Part shown: positions 53,223-64,000 of the stretch, one piece after another | How the letters are laid out: each line of letters begins with the position of its first letter | How positions within the stretch are numbered: the stretch's first letter is position 1 | Source of the DNA: Hemiscyllium ocellatum | Taxonomy: Eukaryota | Assembly (NCBI RefSeq): GCF_020745735.1 | Contig: NC_083437.1 | Coordinates: 22,816,001-22,880,000 of the forward strand | Reading direction: 5' to 3' | Length of the DNA: 64,000 bases | Notes under the pieces: generated by a model | Told to the model about the DNA's origin: nothing | The model's input: only the letters and a program-made list of their open reading frames with translations | Database searches by the model: none | Position numbers and translations under genes: made by a program

Positions 53223-55221
53223 CGGGAGGTGTGGCTCTGAGCTCCACTCGGACCTGCCCCTCCCTGTTGCAGTGAGCCGAAAATGCCACCCCCCTCCCGT
53301 CCTCAAACCGAGGTTTCCAATTTGAATTTTTTAAAAAAACCGACAAAACGTTGAGTTCAGTTGAATTGTGCATTTCAAAACACAAATCCTCTTCCCCCCC
53401 CCCCCCCACACACACACACACAGCCCGTCTGTGGGAGGATATTGGAGGCTCCTGCTCGCTTTTGGAGTCTTCCAGGAGAGTCTCAGTGAATGTTCAGGCT
53501 CTGACCTGCACTCTCTCGGGGAGTCCTGTCAGTTTCTGCGCTGAATGTTTTTATTGGGAAATCTGCCCCCTCCCCCATTTGAATTTCCAGCCCGTTTCGT
53601 TACTTTTAAATTGACGGGAATTGCTTTCTGAGGAACGTTGTGTTACTGGGAATATATTTTTCACTTCAAAGCCGTTTTGTAATGTTTGAAATTTCAAGTT
53701 CTCCATATAAAACATGAAAGTGAATGTGTAATCAAGGAGATTGGAGCAACAGTTCGGGACTAAAGCTGTCCTAAATCTGCAGACATACCGCAGGTTACAA
53801 TTCTGGCTCATTGTTGTATTCTTTGATGAACCAGCTCGTCCGATTTACTCCCCGACGATTTCAGGGTCTAGCGAGCGTTCATCCTGGATCTGATTTGGGT
53901 TTCTTTTATTTTTCCTGATCCCTGCTGAGGGGAATTTTCTTTATAAAGTGTTCTGTGCCGGCCGAGACCCTGGACTGTACTGATTATTCAAGGATGCTTC
54001 CCCAAGGTTTCCCTCAAACTTCAGGTTTTGATTCCACTTTGGCTATTTAAAACAAAACTGCTCTCCCACTCCCCCAACCTTGAACGCAGGCTGGAGAATG
54101 CTGCAGTCCTGATAAAGTCCGGCCCAGATCCACCGGTGGTATCACTCCTCCTCCAACTGTCATCAGTTATTCTGAAGCCACAGCTCAACTCCAAATCTCA
54201 TTACACTCCTCGCCCTTTTAACAATCGCTTATGTGCCTCTCCCCCTAACTACCTTGCCCCTTTCTAACTGGAAGAGGGAGCTGACCAAATTCACATTATT
54301 TTATCTCAACAAGCGGGTTGGATGAACCTAACCCCCCCCCCCCCCCCCCCCGCCCATGTTATATGCGTGAGCCCCTTGGGAAAAAAGTGTTTGCAGAATT
54401 TTTAAAATTGAGTTCAAAAATTCTTTCACGTTTATCAAGAATCTGTAACAGACTCAACCCTCAGTTTTTGTATTTAAAAAAAAATCATTAAACAGGAAGA
54501 AGCGCTTTGGATGGAGGCTTTTTATGAACTGGATTCTTAATGTTATCCAGTAATTTATCATTATTTCCAATAATCTGGCTCACTAGTTCACTTCGAACAT
54601 ATCATCCTGGTTTAGGTTTCCCCGGCTTTTTTCTTTGATCAATAACTAAACATTCTCAAAGCACCCCAGCATTTGTACTAATTTCTCTACCTCTTTTAGA
54701 TCTCTACAACTTTACTAAATTGGCAGAAGTATAATTTTAGAAGCTTGTTCTAAGAACTTCCTTTCTCCAATGCCGTTGCTTTTAAATATCACGTATGTTA
54801 TTTTGTATTCTGCGTTTCAAGCAGCGGAATTGTTTAATATCTCAGCCTCTCCTGACTTAGGGCAAGTTAAAACTGGAAAGCAGTTCAGCTTTCCCAAGGC
54901 CTGACAGTGAGAGGCTCATTTTGAGGAATTTCTCTTCCTCCAAAACCTGACTGAGGCCCTCTGCTGGTCTGTGATTTTATTGCTGCCCACTTTCTGACTT
55001 GCTCTAGTTTCAAGGCCAAGTTTGTCCCTGGTAGTGATAGCTCGAGTGGGTAATACATGGAAAATATGGTTGCACCACGTTGGACCCAAGGAAATACTAT
55101 TTGATAACCATTCTGTTAGTACTGCGATCATCCGGCCTCAGCCAAGCCATTGGATGTCTTCACAACTGAGTGTTCTCTGCAACTCCTCTGTCGCTGTCCC
55201 TTCCTCATTCCTTAAGCAAAA

Positions 55222-55682
55222 GTGAGGACTGCAGATGCTGGAAACCAGAGTTCAGATTACAGTGATGCTAGAAAAGCACAGCAGGCCGCATCCAAGGAGC
55301 AGGAAAATCGATGTTTCGGGCAAAAGCCCTTCATCAGGTATAGAGGCTGGAAACCTCTGGGGTGGAGAGATAAATAGGGGGAGGGGGTGCTGGGGAGAAG
55401 GTAGCAAAGAGTACAAACAGGTGAATGGGGGTGGGGATGGAGGTGATAGGTCAGAGGGGAGGGTGGAGTGGATAGGTGGGAAGGGAGATTGGCAGGTAGG
55501 ACAGTTTATGAGGACAGTGCTGAGCTGGAAGGTTGGAACTGGGGTAAGCTGGGGGGAGGGGAAATGAGCAAACTGGTGAAGTCCACATTGATGCCCTGGG
55601 GCTGAAGTGTTCCGAAGCGGAAGATGATGTACTTCCTCCAGGCGGCGGTGAGGAGGCCCAGGACCTACATGTCCTCGGCAGA
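55222..55682 (-). mobile_element. Penelope-like 3' fragment with hammerhead motif
   Basis: Reverse complement shows GIY-YIG tail remnant (RLEE..IFRFGTLQPQGINVDFTS) and CTGATGA-agggc tttt gccc-GAAACATC at 55310-55337. Confidence 0.8.
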
Positions 55683-57544
55683 TTGTTTGTGGACAATGAT
55701 TTCCAGGTGCCAGCAGGAGTGGAGGGGTCTTTCCATTTGACAGAAGATGGATAAGTTAAAACATCTGGAGTTAGGAAACTGCCTTCCCAACAAATGCTGT
55801 TGCCTGGATAGTACCTATTTGGCTCCCTACTCGTATCAACCCCATCACCCTGTTCCATGACCATATACATTCCTCATTTGCACCTAACTATCCAACTCAA
55901 TTTTAAAACTTTTAAAGTAACTTCCACTACCCTCTTCAAGTAAAACATTGGAGATTGGGACAGCTCCCTGAGTGAAAACAATTCTCCTCCATTGCCTCAC
56001 CCTTTTTTTGACAATGGTTTTAAATCTGCAGCCTTTAGATTTTATGAATCGCAAGGAAGTGATGATGGGAGTCATTAAGTGACTTTCCCTCTACCTCCTA
56101 ATGCTTTTCCTCCTGCAGGACTTAGCAGAGGTTTGTGTTAATTCTGAGGGCCAAAAGCCTGCACTGGCCAAAGAATGTGAAAGATTCAGGGGCAAAGGAC
56201 TACTCCTGCTGTGAAAAACAGATCACATTAAACAGAAAAATAGATCGCAAGTGATCTCCTAGAATAAGTTGGATCACCTATTGAGGTTTAATAGGAATAT
56301 TCTGAATGGTTCCCCCAATGAGGTTAGTCCTGCCCCTGTTTCTCCAGCATTTTCAGGGAATTTCTTGCTGAGGGAAGGAGTGTATGGGTTGTACTGTACA
56401 GAGTGTCACAACTGTATGAGATAGCTTCCATGGTCCAGCTGGTCTTTTCCTAGACCTCCTTCTTGTGACACAGGGTGTTAAATATTCTCATTGAGAAATG
56501 AGATGAAAGTGCAGAGTGCAGGGTATTGCCACACTTGCAGAAAGTAGGAGAGGTGAGAATCAGGAGAGGGTGATTAGATGGTGCTTACAAAGATTGGGTT
56601 TGAAGTGAATTGTAGAACATTGCAAACTGGAGGGACTGAGTGGTTTCATTAGCTCTGAGCAGGCAAAGTGTTGATACAGCGTTGTGGTTACTGAAGAGAC
56701 GAAATAAGGGTCAGTCAGCAAAGCTGGTTAATTCCGTGTAAGATATATACATGTGCAACAAACAGGAATTGACAAAATGTTCTAGAATGAAAGGATTATG
56801 AAACATACAGGAAATAATATGGTGATGGTGTTAAAGATGCACTGATTGTACATGTTAACTGTGATAATACAAACCTGTACCACCATCCAACTTAAAAATT
56901 TATCTCTAGAGGGTTGGAAAGTATTGACACACAGCTTTGACTGGAGTTTATTATAATATAATTGACAATAAGTGTTCCAATAATGATCCATGTCAGGCTA
57001 AACTTAGTTCTTCCAAATAAAACAATGGTTTGTATTCACTGTTTGAGTTGAATTGCAATACCAAACAGCATCTCCCTGTTCCACGAGAAGAATTGCTGAG
57101 AATTGAGGTAATGTAGACTACCTGCACAGCGGTGATTGAGGAGACAAGTACATGGACCTTTTCCAACTTGCACCTCTCCCCCCTCCAGATGATCTCTCCT
57201 AAGTGACAGGATGATATCTGGGGAGAAATGCCTGCAGATGGAAATCATTGCACTCCAAAGCACGGAGAAGAGAACCAATGTGGGCTGTCATTGTGAATGA
57301 TGCATTTGTTCTCCAGCTGAGCTGAGCTAATCCTTGTGCAGCAGCAGTTGGTTGTAGGTAGCACAGGGCAATGGTAGCATAGTAGTAATATCAGTAGTTT
57401 AGTGATCCAGAGTCCCAGGTTAGTGTTCTAGAGATACAGTTTAAATCCTACAATGTGCCTGGTGGCTTTTTTTTAAGCTCCAAGTGCCTCTGCCAGTCTT
57501 CTTTATTTTTCCTTTTTTTTTAAAGCTCTGGCACTCCTGTTTTT

Positions 57545-58184
57545 TTTAATATATATTTTCTTTCCTCCACACTACCGCCTAACTGCGCTAGTGCTTATTT
57601 TTGTCCCCAGCACCCATGTTGTGTGTGTGCAGGTGTAAGACACAAAGTGCACGAATCTTTATTCAAATTTCCAACACCAAGAAGAAAGGAAACACCTGGG
57701 TGGCCAGTGACAAGCAGTGCCCTTCACATCAAAGGGCAATGCTTTGTGATCAAACAGTGAAGGGGAGGGCAGGGATTAAATCAAAATAGAGTTGGAGGGG
57801 GAAATAATGCACTCCACTCCCTGCGGCACTCACCTCTCCCTGAACAACTCCAGGGTGTCGGTGGATACCGTGTGCTCCTTTTCGAGAGACACCTGGGCTC
57901 TAACGGAGCCGCGGAAGAGGGGCAGGCAGTCGGCCCTAACGACCCCTTCCACGGCCCGCTGCCTGGACCTATTTATGGCCAGTTTGGCCATTCCCAGGAG
58001 CAGACCCATGAGGAGTCTTCAGACCTGCCCTCCCTCCTCCGTACTGGGTGCCCAAAGATCAGGAGCGTGGGACTGAAATGCAACCAAAAGCAGAGGAGGA
58101 AGTTTTTGAGAAAATCAAAAAGGGAGTGCAAACGCCCACATCCAATATATACATGGTCTACAGACTCCTCAGCACCACAGAACA
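57545..58184 (-). mobile_element. Tx1/L1-clade non-LTR 3' fragment, copy 1
   Basis: Homologous to copy 2; 3' hairpin at 57570-57593 next to a T tract. Confidence 0.8.
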
Positions 58185-58198
58185 GCCTGGTGGCTTTT

Positions 58199-58841
58199 TT
58201 TTTTAGTTAACCCCCACACTACCGCCTGACTGTGGTAGTGTTTATTTTTCCCCAGCACCCATGGTGTGTGTGTGCAGGTGTGAGACACAGTAAGAGACAC
58301 AAACTGCACAAATCTTTATTCAATTTCCACCACCAGGAAGATAGGAAAACACCCGAGTGGCCTGTGACAAGCAGTGCCCTTCACATCAAAGGGCAATGCT
58401 GTGTGATCAAACAGTGAAGGGGAGGGCAGGGACTAAATCAAAATAGGTTTGGAGGGGGAAATAATGCACTCCACTCCCTGCGGCACCCACCCCTCCCTGA
58501 ACAACTCCAGGGTGTTGGTGGACACGGCATGCTCCTTCTCCAAGGACACCCAGGCTGTAATGTAACCGCGGAAGAGGAGCAGGCAGTCGGCCTTAACGAC
58601 CCTCTCACGGCCCGCTGCCTGGACCTGTTTATGGCTAGTTTGGCCAGGCCCAGGAGCAGACCCACGAGGAGGTCTTCAGACCTGCCCTCCCTCCTCCGTA
58701 CCGGGTGCCCAAAGATCAGGAGCGTGGGACTGAAGTGCAACCAAAAGCAGAGGAGGAGGTTTTTGAGAAAATCAAAAAGGGAGTGCAAACGCCTACACCC
58801 AATATACACATGGTCCATGGACTCCTCAGCACCACAGAACA
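58199..58841 (-). mobile_element. Tx1/L1-clade non-LTR 3' fragment, copy 2
   Basis: FCGAEESMDHVYIGC..FSPTLLIFG..LLLGLAKLAI (CCHC knuckle tail typical of Tx1 ORF2); 3' hairpin at 58217-58240; poly-A tail. Confidence 0.85.
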
Positions 58842-60888
58842 GCCTGGTGGCTTTTAAATGCAATTAAATAATAAATCTGGAACTGAAATCTAATCTCAGA
58901 AATGGTGACCAATGATTGGCACAAACAGCCAATTCCCTGGTTCACTAATGTCCTCAAGCAAGGAAATTAACCATCCTTACCTGGTCTAATCTGCATGTGA
59001 CTCTAGACTGTCAGCAATGTGATTTACTAATTGCCATCTGAAATAGTCATTCAATTCAATGGTAATTGAGATGGGCAACTAATTCTGATCCTGCCAGTGA
59101 CACCTGCCTCCCACGGCAGAATGTTTTTAAAAAGCCTTTAACAGCCTCCATTCTTTGGAATTGTCTCCCTAAACCAGTCTGTTTTCCTCATGCTTTCTCC
59201 AACTTTCTTTTCAAAACCTGTCATTTCAACAAAACTTTTAATCACCTCTTCTAAAGCTGCTCAGTATCACTTTTTATTCTGTTTACATATCTTGACATGC
59301 TCTCCATGTAAAAGACATTGCAGAAATGCATTATTAATATCATTGACTGTTGTGTTGTGATGGGTGGACTGACAGAATGACATCGGCTACTGGAATAAAA
59401 GCAAAATACTGCCAATGGTGAAATATAAAAAAAACTGAAAATCCCAGTGAAAGTCAACAGTCTGGCTTCATCTGTGAAGACAGAAACAGAGTGAATGTTT
59501 TGATTCCAATATGACTCTACTTTGGAATTGCTATATGGTATTTACCACTGTTTACTTTGGAAAACCTCTATAATGAGACCCCACTTCTACCCCTCAGTCC
59601 AGCAATGGTGTTGAATTTTGTGTGTCTTCTGTGACATGTCAAAGGCTCGATAGAAATCCAAGTTGCCTCCATCCTTGGCTGAGGTTTAATCAGCCCTCCT
59701 TTCGCTCAGTTTGCACTGTTGATTATAAGAAATGGATATTCCTATAGCAAGGACACAGCAGAAATCCCAACTCCACCCCCCTCCCCCCCCCCAAATCATA
59801 TCATTGTTCTTGCCAGTTCAGTATGAGTTCCAATCCCATCCTGTCAATGTCTGAATTTAATTCCAATTATATGCCTGGAATTGTCATGGTGAGTATGACA
59901 ACCATAGCTGTGCTAAAAAAAATCTATCTGGTTCACTCATGTCCCTTATGGAAGAAAATTGGTCATCATTACCTGGATTGACTTGAAACCAACGTGGGCT
60001 GATTTTGAATAAGGATATCCGAACTCGAATCAGTGACCCTGCTTTCTCTACACAGATGCTGAGTTTCACCAGCGATTTCTGTTTATGTTTCAGATTTCCA
60101 ACACCCGCAGTTCTTTGATTTTAGTTCAAGGCAAATAGGAAAGAGCGACAAATGTTAGCACAGGCCTATAGCCCTTGAAATAATGCAGATAAAAAAGTCC
60201 AATCCTGCAAGTTGTAATTTGAAGAGCTGCTAGACTGCAGATAAGGAAGTGTCTGCAGGTGTAGAAAGAGATAGAGGAAACAAACCCTCCCTGGTTTTTG
60301 TGTGTGAAACTGGCCCTAAACTGCAGAGTTGAGCTGCCTTTTGTGTAGCCGCTCCCAAACTCTGGCCTCCGAGCAACTGCTCCATGTATGAGTCACCTCC
60401 CCAAGCGAGTGACTCACGATCCGGCTCGGTGATTGCCCGATCCATTGCAGCCTCAACCGACCCCTTAACACCAAACAAAACAAAACTGGGGCAGTCAGAT
60501 GGTAATATCTCACACACATGACAAGTTTATCAGTGGGAGTTGGTATCACTGACCTAGCTCCAACAGGGGGTGTTGCATTGGAAACTGAACTCGCGGAGAT
60601 TCACCTGACTTGTGGTTGCCTGTTGGACTTGGACTCAGAAAGCACCTCTTTCGACATGTTTGGATGCAGAGTTGTACAGGCTTGGATGAAACAATTGCAG
60701 TTTAATTGGTTAGAACTGCTGCCTCACAGCACTAGGGTCCCAGGTTCGTTTCCAGCCTCAGGCGACTGTCTGTGTGGAGTTTGCACATTCTCCGGTTTCC
60801 TCCCACAGTTACAAAGATGCGCAGGTCAGGTGAATTGGCCATGCTAAATTGCCCATCGTGTTAGGTGTATTAGTCAGAGGGAGATGGG

Positions 60889-61100
60889 CTGAAAATGTGT
60901 TGCTGGAAATGCGCAGCAGGTCAGGGCAGCATCCAAGGAACAGGAGAGTCGACGTTTCGGGCATAAGCCTGAAGATTCCTGAAGAAGGGCTTATGCCCGA
61001 AACGTCGACTCTCCTGTTCCTTGGATGCTGCCTGACCTGCTGCGCTTTTCCAGCAACACATTTTCAGCTCTGATCTCCAGCATCTGCAGTCCTCACTTTC
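60889..61100 (+). mobile_element. 212-bp palindromic non-autonomous Penelope-derived element with hammerhead
   Basis: Arms 60888-60969 / 60988-61068; TSD tcagaggga(g/a)atggg at 60874-60888 and 61101-61115. Confidence 0.88.
60973..61012 (+). ncRNA. Minimal type I hammerhead ribozyme motif, intact core
   Basis: agattc-CTGAAGA-a-gggc ttat gccc-GAAA-CGTC-gactct; stem I pairs 5 of 6, stem II has 4 bp. Confidence 0.7.
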
Positions 61101-62187
61101 TCAGAGGGAAATGGGTCTGGGTCGGTTACTCTTCGGAGGGTCAGTGAGGGAAATCTAACCTAATCTAACTAGTAATAGAGCTTGGTGACTCTGTGCTGGA
61201 ACTAAATTTGACAGCAGACGGATTGAGGCTTGTTCCCAGTGTGCATTGGTTCGAATCGAGTAGTCTCGATTAAAACCATCTTGTATTTGAAATGTTTAAT
61301 GTAAACACAGTGGACACATTTTGTTTTAATTTGATTTTGCAGCAGACAGAACCTTAATTTATGTTAAAATATGCAGACGAGGAAATGAAATGTTAATAAA
61401 ATTCACAAAACTATAACAAAATGAATCGGGTAAGGATCCCACAGACTGGTAAATGGTTCTGATTATACCGTCCGATATTGTCTCGCTGCTATAACCCAAT
61501 CCTGGGCTTGGAGCTGGGGTTGTGTTCCTCTAATACCTGTTTTCAAAACATTGATTTAACCAGAGTTCTGGGGTCAGGCAGCACTCGGAGACTCGGGCAT
61601 TAAGGAACTAATTGAACAGCAGACTGCCTCGGGTCATGAGACGGGGGTCCGTTCACAGGGAGTCGGACAGCACAATGCTGCAAATAGCAGGCAGCCCCTC
61701 AGCAAGAAATGCTGCGCCAGGTTCGGAATCGGTAACATGAGACAACGGGGACACTGGAGACGCTGAATATTTCTCATGGCTCTCCACGCTCTGCAATCTT
61801 CCCAAATATAGGAATTTATCTGAGTGGACACACTGCTGTCTGGAAATGCCTTCCTTTTCTGAAGCCGCAACGAACATGAAGATTGTTTGGAAAGTTTGAC
61901 TGTTTTAACCTCAATCAGTGCAAGTCCAGGACATGAATAATTATTGGCTCACAGTCATCAGGGATTTGGCTCGTACAACGTGTTTTCAAGTCAGTTATTT
62001 CAACATGTCTCAACAAGATACTGCAGGATTGCTTATTTCAAATAATCAAAGGCAGTTTCCTTTAATTTACAATATGGAAGTATTCAACTTCACGTTAGTT
62101 TGGAGTTTTGGTAAATTTCAATGCGATAATCAGACACTGAGGCTTGGCCTTTTCCATCTCCACTTGGAGTTTGGCCTAAAGTGTTAG

Positions 62188-64000
62188 CTCTGTACCGTCT
62201 CACCCTCAGTATTGATCAATCTGTACTGACTCACCCTCAGTATTGATCAGTCTGTACTGTCTCATCCTCAGTATTGATCACTCTGTACTGTCTCACCCTC
62301 AGTAGTGATCAGTCAGTACTGCCTCACCCTCAGTATTGATCACTCTGCACTGTCTCACCCTCAGTATTGACCACTCTGCACTGTCTCACCCTCAGTAGTG
62401 ATCAGTCTGTACTGTCTCACCCTCAGTATTGATCACTCTGTACTGTCCCACCCTCAGTATTGATCACTCTGTACTGTCTCACCCTCAGTAGTGATCAGTC
62501 TGTACTGTCCCACCCTCAGTATTGATCACTCTGCACTGCCTCACCCTCAGTATTGATCAGTCTGTACTGTCTCACCATCAGTATTTATCACTCTGTACTG
62601 TCCCACCCTCAGTATTGATCACTCGGTACTGTCTCACCCTCAGTATTGATCAGTCTGTACTGTCTCACCCTCAGGATTGATCAGTCTGTACTGTCTCACC
62701 ATCAGTATTGATCAGTCCGTACTGACTCACCCTCAGTATTGATCAGTCTGTACTGTCCCACCCTCAGTATTGATCACTCTGCACTGCCTCACCCTCAGTA
62801 TTGATCAGTCTGTACTGTCTCACCATTAGTATTTATCACTCTGTACTGTCTCACCCTCAGTATTGATCAGTCTGTACTGTCTCACCCTCAGGATTGATCA
62901 GTCTGTACTGTCTCACCATCAGTATTGATCAGTCCATACTGACTCACCCTCAGTATTGATCACTCTGCACTGCCTCACCCTCAGTATTGATCAGTCTGTA
63001 CTGCCTCACCCTCAGTATTGATCACTCTGTACTGTCTCACCCTCAGTATTTATCAGTCTGTACGGTCCCACCCTCAGTATTGATCAGTCTGTGCTGTCTC
63101 ACCCTCAGTATTGATCACTCTGTACTGTCTCACCCTCAGTATTGATCAGTCTGTACTGTCCCACACTCAGTATTGATCAGTCTGTACTGTCCCACCCTCA
63201 GTATTGATCACTCTGTGCTGTCCCACCCTCAGTATTGATCACTCTGTACTGTCTCACCCTCAGTATTTATCAGTCTGTACTGTCCCACCCTCAGTATTGA
63301 TCAGTCTGTACTGTCCCACACTCAGTATTGATCAGTCTGTACTGTCCACCCTCAGTATTGATCAGTCCGTACTGTCCCACCTTCAGTATTGATCACTCTG
63401 TACTGCCCCACCCTCAGTATTGATCAGTCTGTACTGTCCCACCCTCAATATTGATCAGTCCGTACTGTCTCACCCTCAGTATTGATCACGCTGTACTGTC
63501 CCACCCTCAGTATTGATCAGTCCGTACTGTCCCACCCTCAGTACTAATCAGTCCGTACTGTCCCACCCTCAGTATTGATCACTCTGTACTGTCCCACCCT
63601 CAGTATTGATCAGTCCGTACTGTCCCACCCTCCGTATTGATCAGTCTGTACTGTCCCACCCTCCGTATTGATCACTCTGTACTGTCTCACCCTCAGTTTT
63701 GATCACTTTGTCCTGTCCCACCCTCAGTATTGATCAGTCTGTACTGACTCACCCTCAGTATTGATCAGTCTGTACTGTCCCACCCTCAGTATTGATCACT
63801 CTGTACTGTCCCACCCTCAGTATTGATCAGTCCGTACTGTCTCACCCTCAGTATTGATCACTCTGTACTGTCTCACCCTCAGTAGTGATCAGTCTGTACT
63901 GTCTCACCCTCAGTTTTGATCACTTTGTCCTGTCCCACCCTCAGTATTGATCAGTCTGTACTGACTCACCCTCAGTATTGATCAGTCTGTACTGTCCCAC
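62188..64000. repeat. 31-bp tandem minisatellite/satellite (~58 units, continues past the window end)
   Basis: Unit tctgtactgtc(t/c)caccctcagtattgatca(g/c). Confidence 0.97.

Larger units (their letters stand above)
60706..61170 (+). mobile_element. HE1-like SINE interrupted by a hammerhead mini-element
   Basis: SINE body at 60706-60888 resumes at 61101 (gggtctgggtcggttactcttcggaggg). Confidence 0.8.

Noticed and set aside
52272-53421. Proline-rich and glycine-rich ORFs (extensin/formin-like)
   Set aside because: The low-complexity C tract is open in all frames.
62188-64000. CRISPR-like array (31-bp repeats)
   Set aside because: The units are contiguous with no unique spacers, no cas genes are present, and the context is eukaryotic.
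49900-64000. NBL1 coding exons expected from synteny
   Set aside because: No DAN-domain sequence (e.g. AWCEAKNITQIVGH) was found in the ORF track or by eye; they probably lie beyond the window. Plus-strand donors such as 50943 are too weak as evidence to call an exon.

Overview
Vertebrate nuclear DNA, most likely a cartilaginous fish (shark), judged from the repeat families (HE1-like tRNA SINEs, CR1/L2 LINEs, Penelope-like elements, Tx1-like fragments). The window covers the CAPZB-MICOS10-(NBL1) syntenic block. It holds the ATG-only first exon of CAPZB on the minus strand (~733-735; identity inferred from exon design and synteny) and a complete 4-exon MICOS10/MIC10 gene on the plus strand (15747-44735, 78 aa, with a possible alternative last exon at 45168). 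CpG-rich segments at ~49.9-54 kb may be the NBL1 promoter region, but no NBL1 coding exon is visible. The most striking hidden structure is a set of Penelope-derived fold-back insertions, several with target-site duplications, that carry minimal hammerhead-ribozyme motifs (CTGANGA-stem-GAAACGTH); these include a 212-bp non-coding palindromic mini-element. Other notable items: a 200-bp-arm palindrome, a probable solo LTR, two Tx1 fragments stacked at one target site, a frameshift shared by two CR1 copies, a candidate spliced antisense transcript, and two satellite arrays (one against the CAPZB promoter, one 31-bp array with 7-unit higher-order structure). All calls are by eye and no searches were run.
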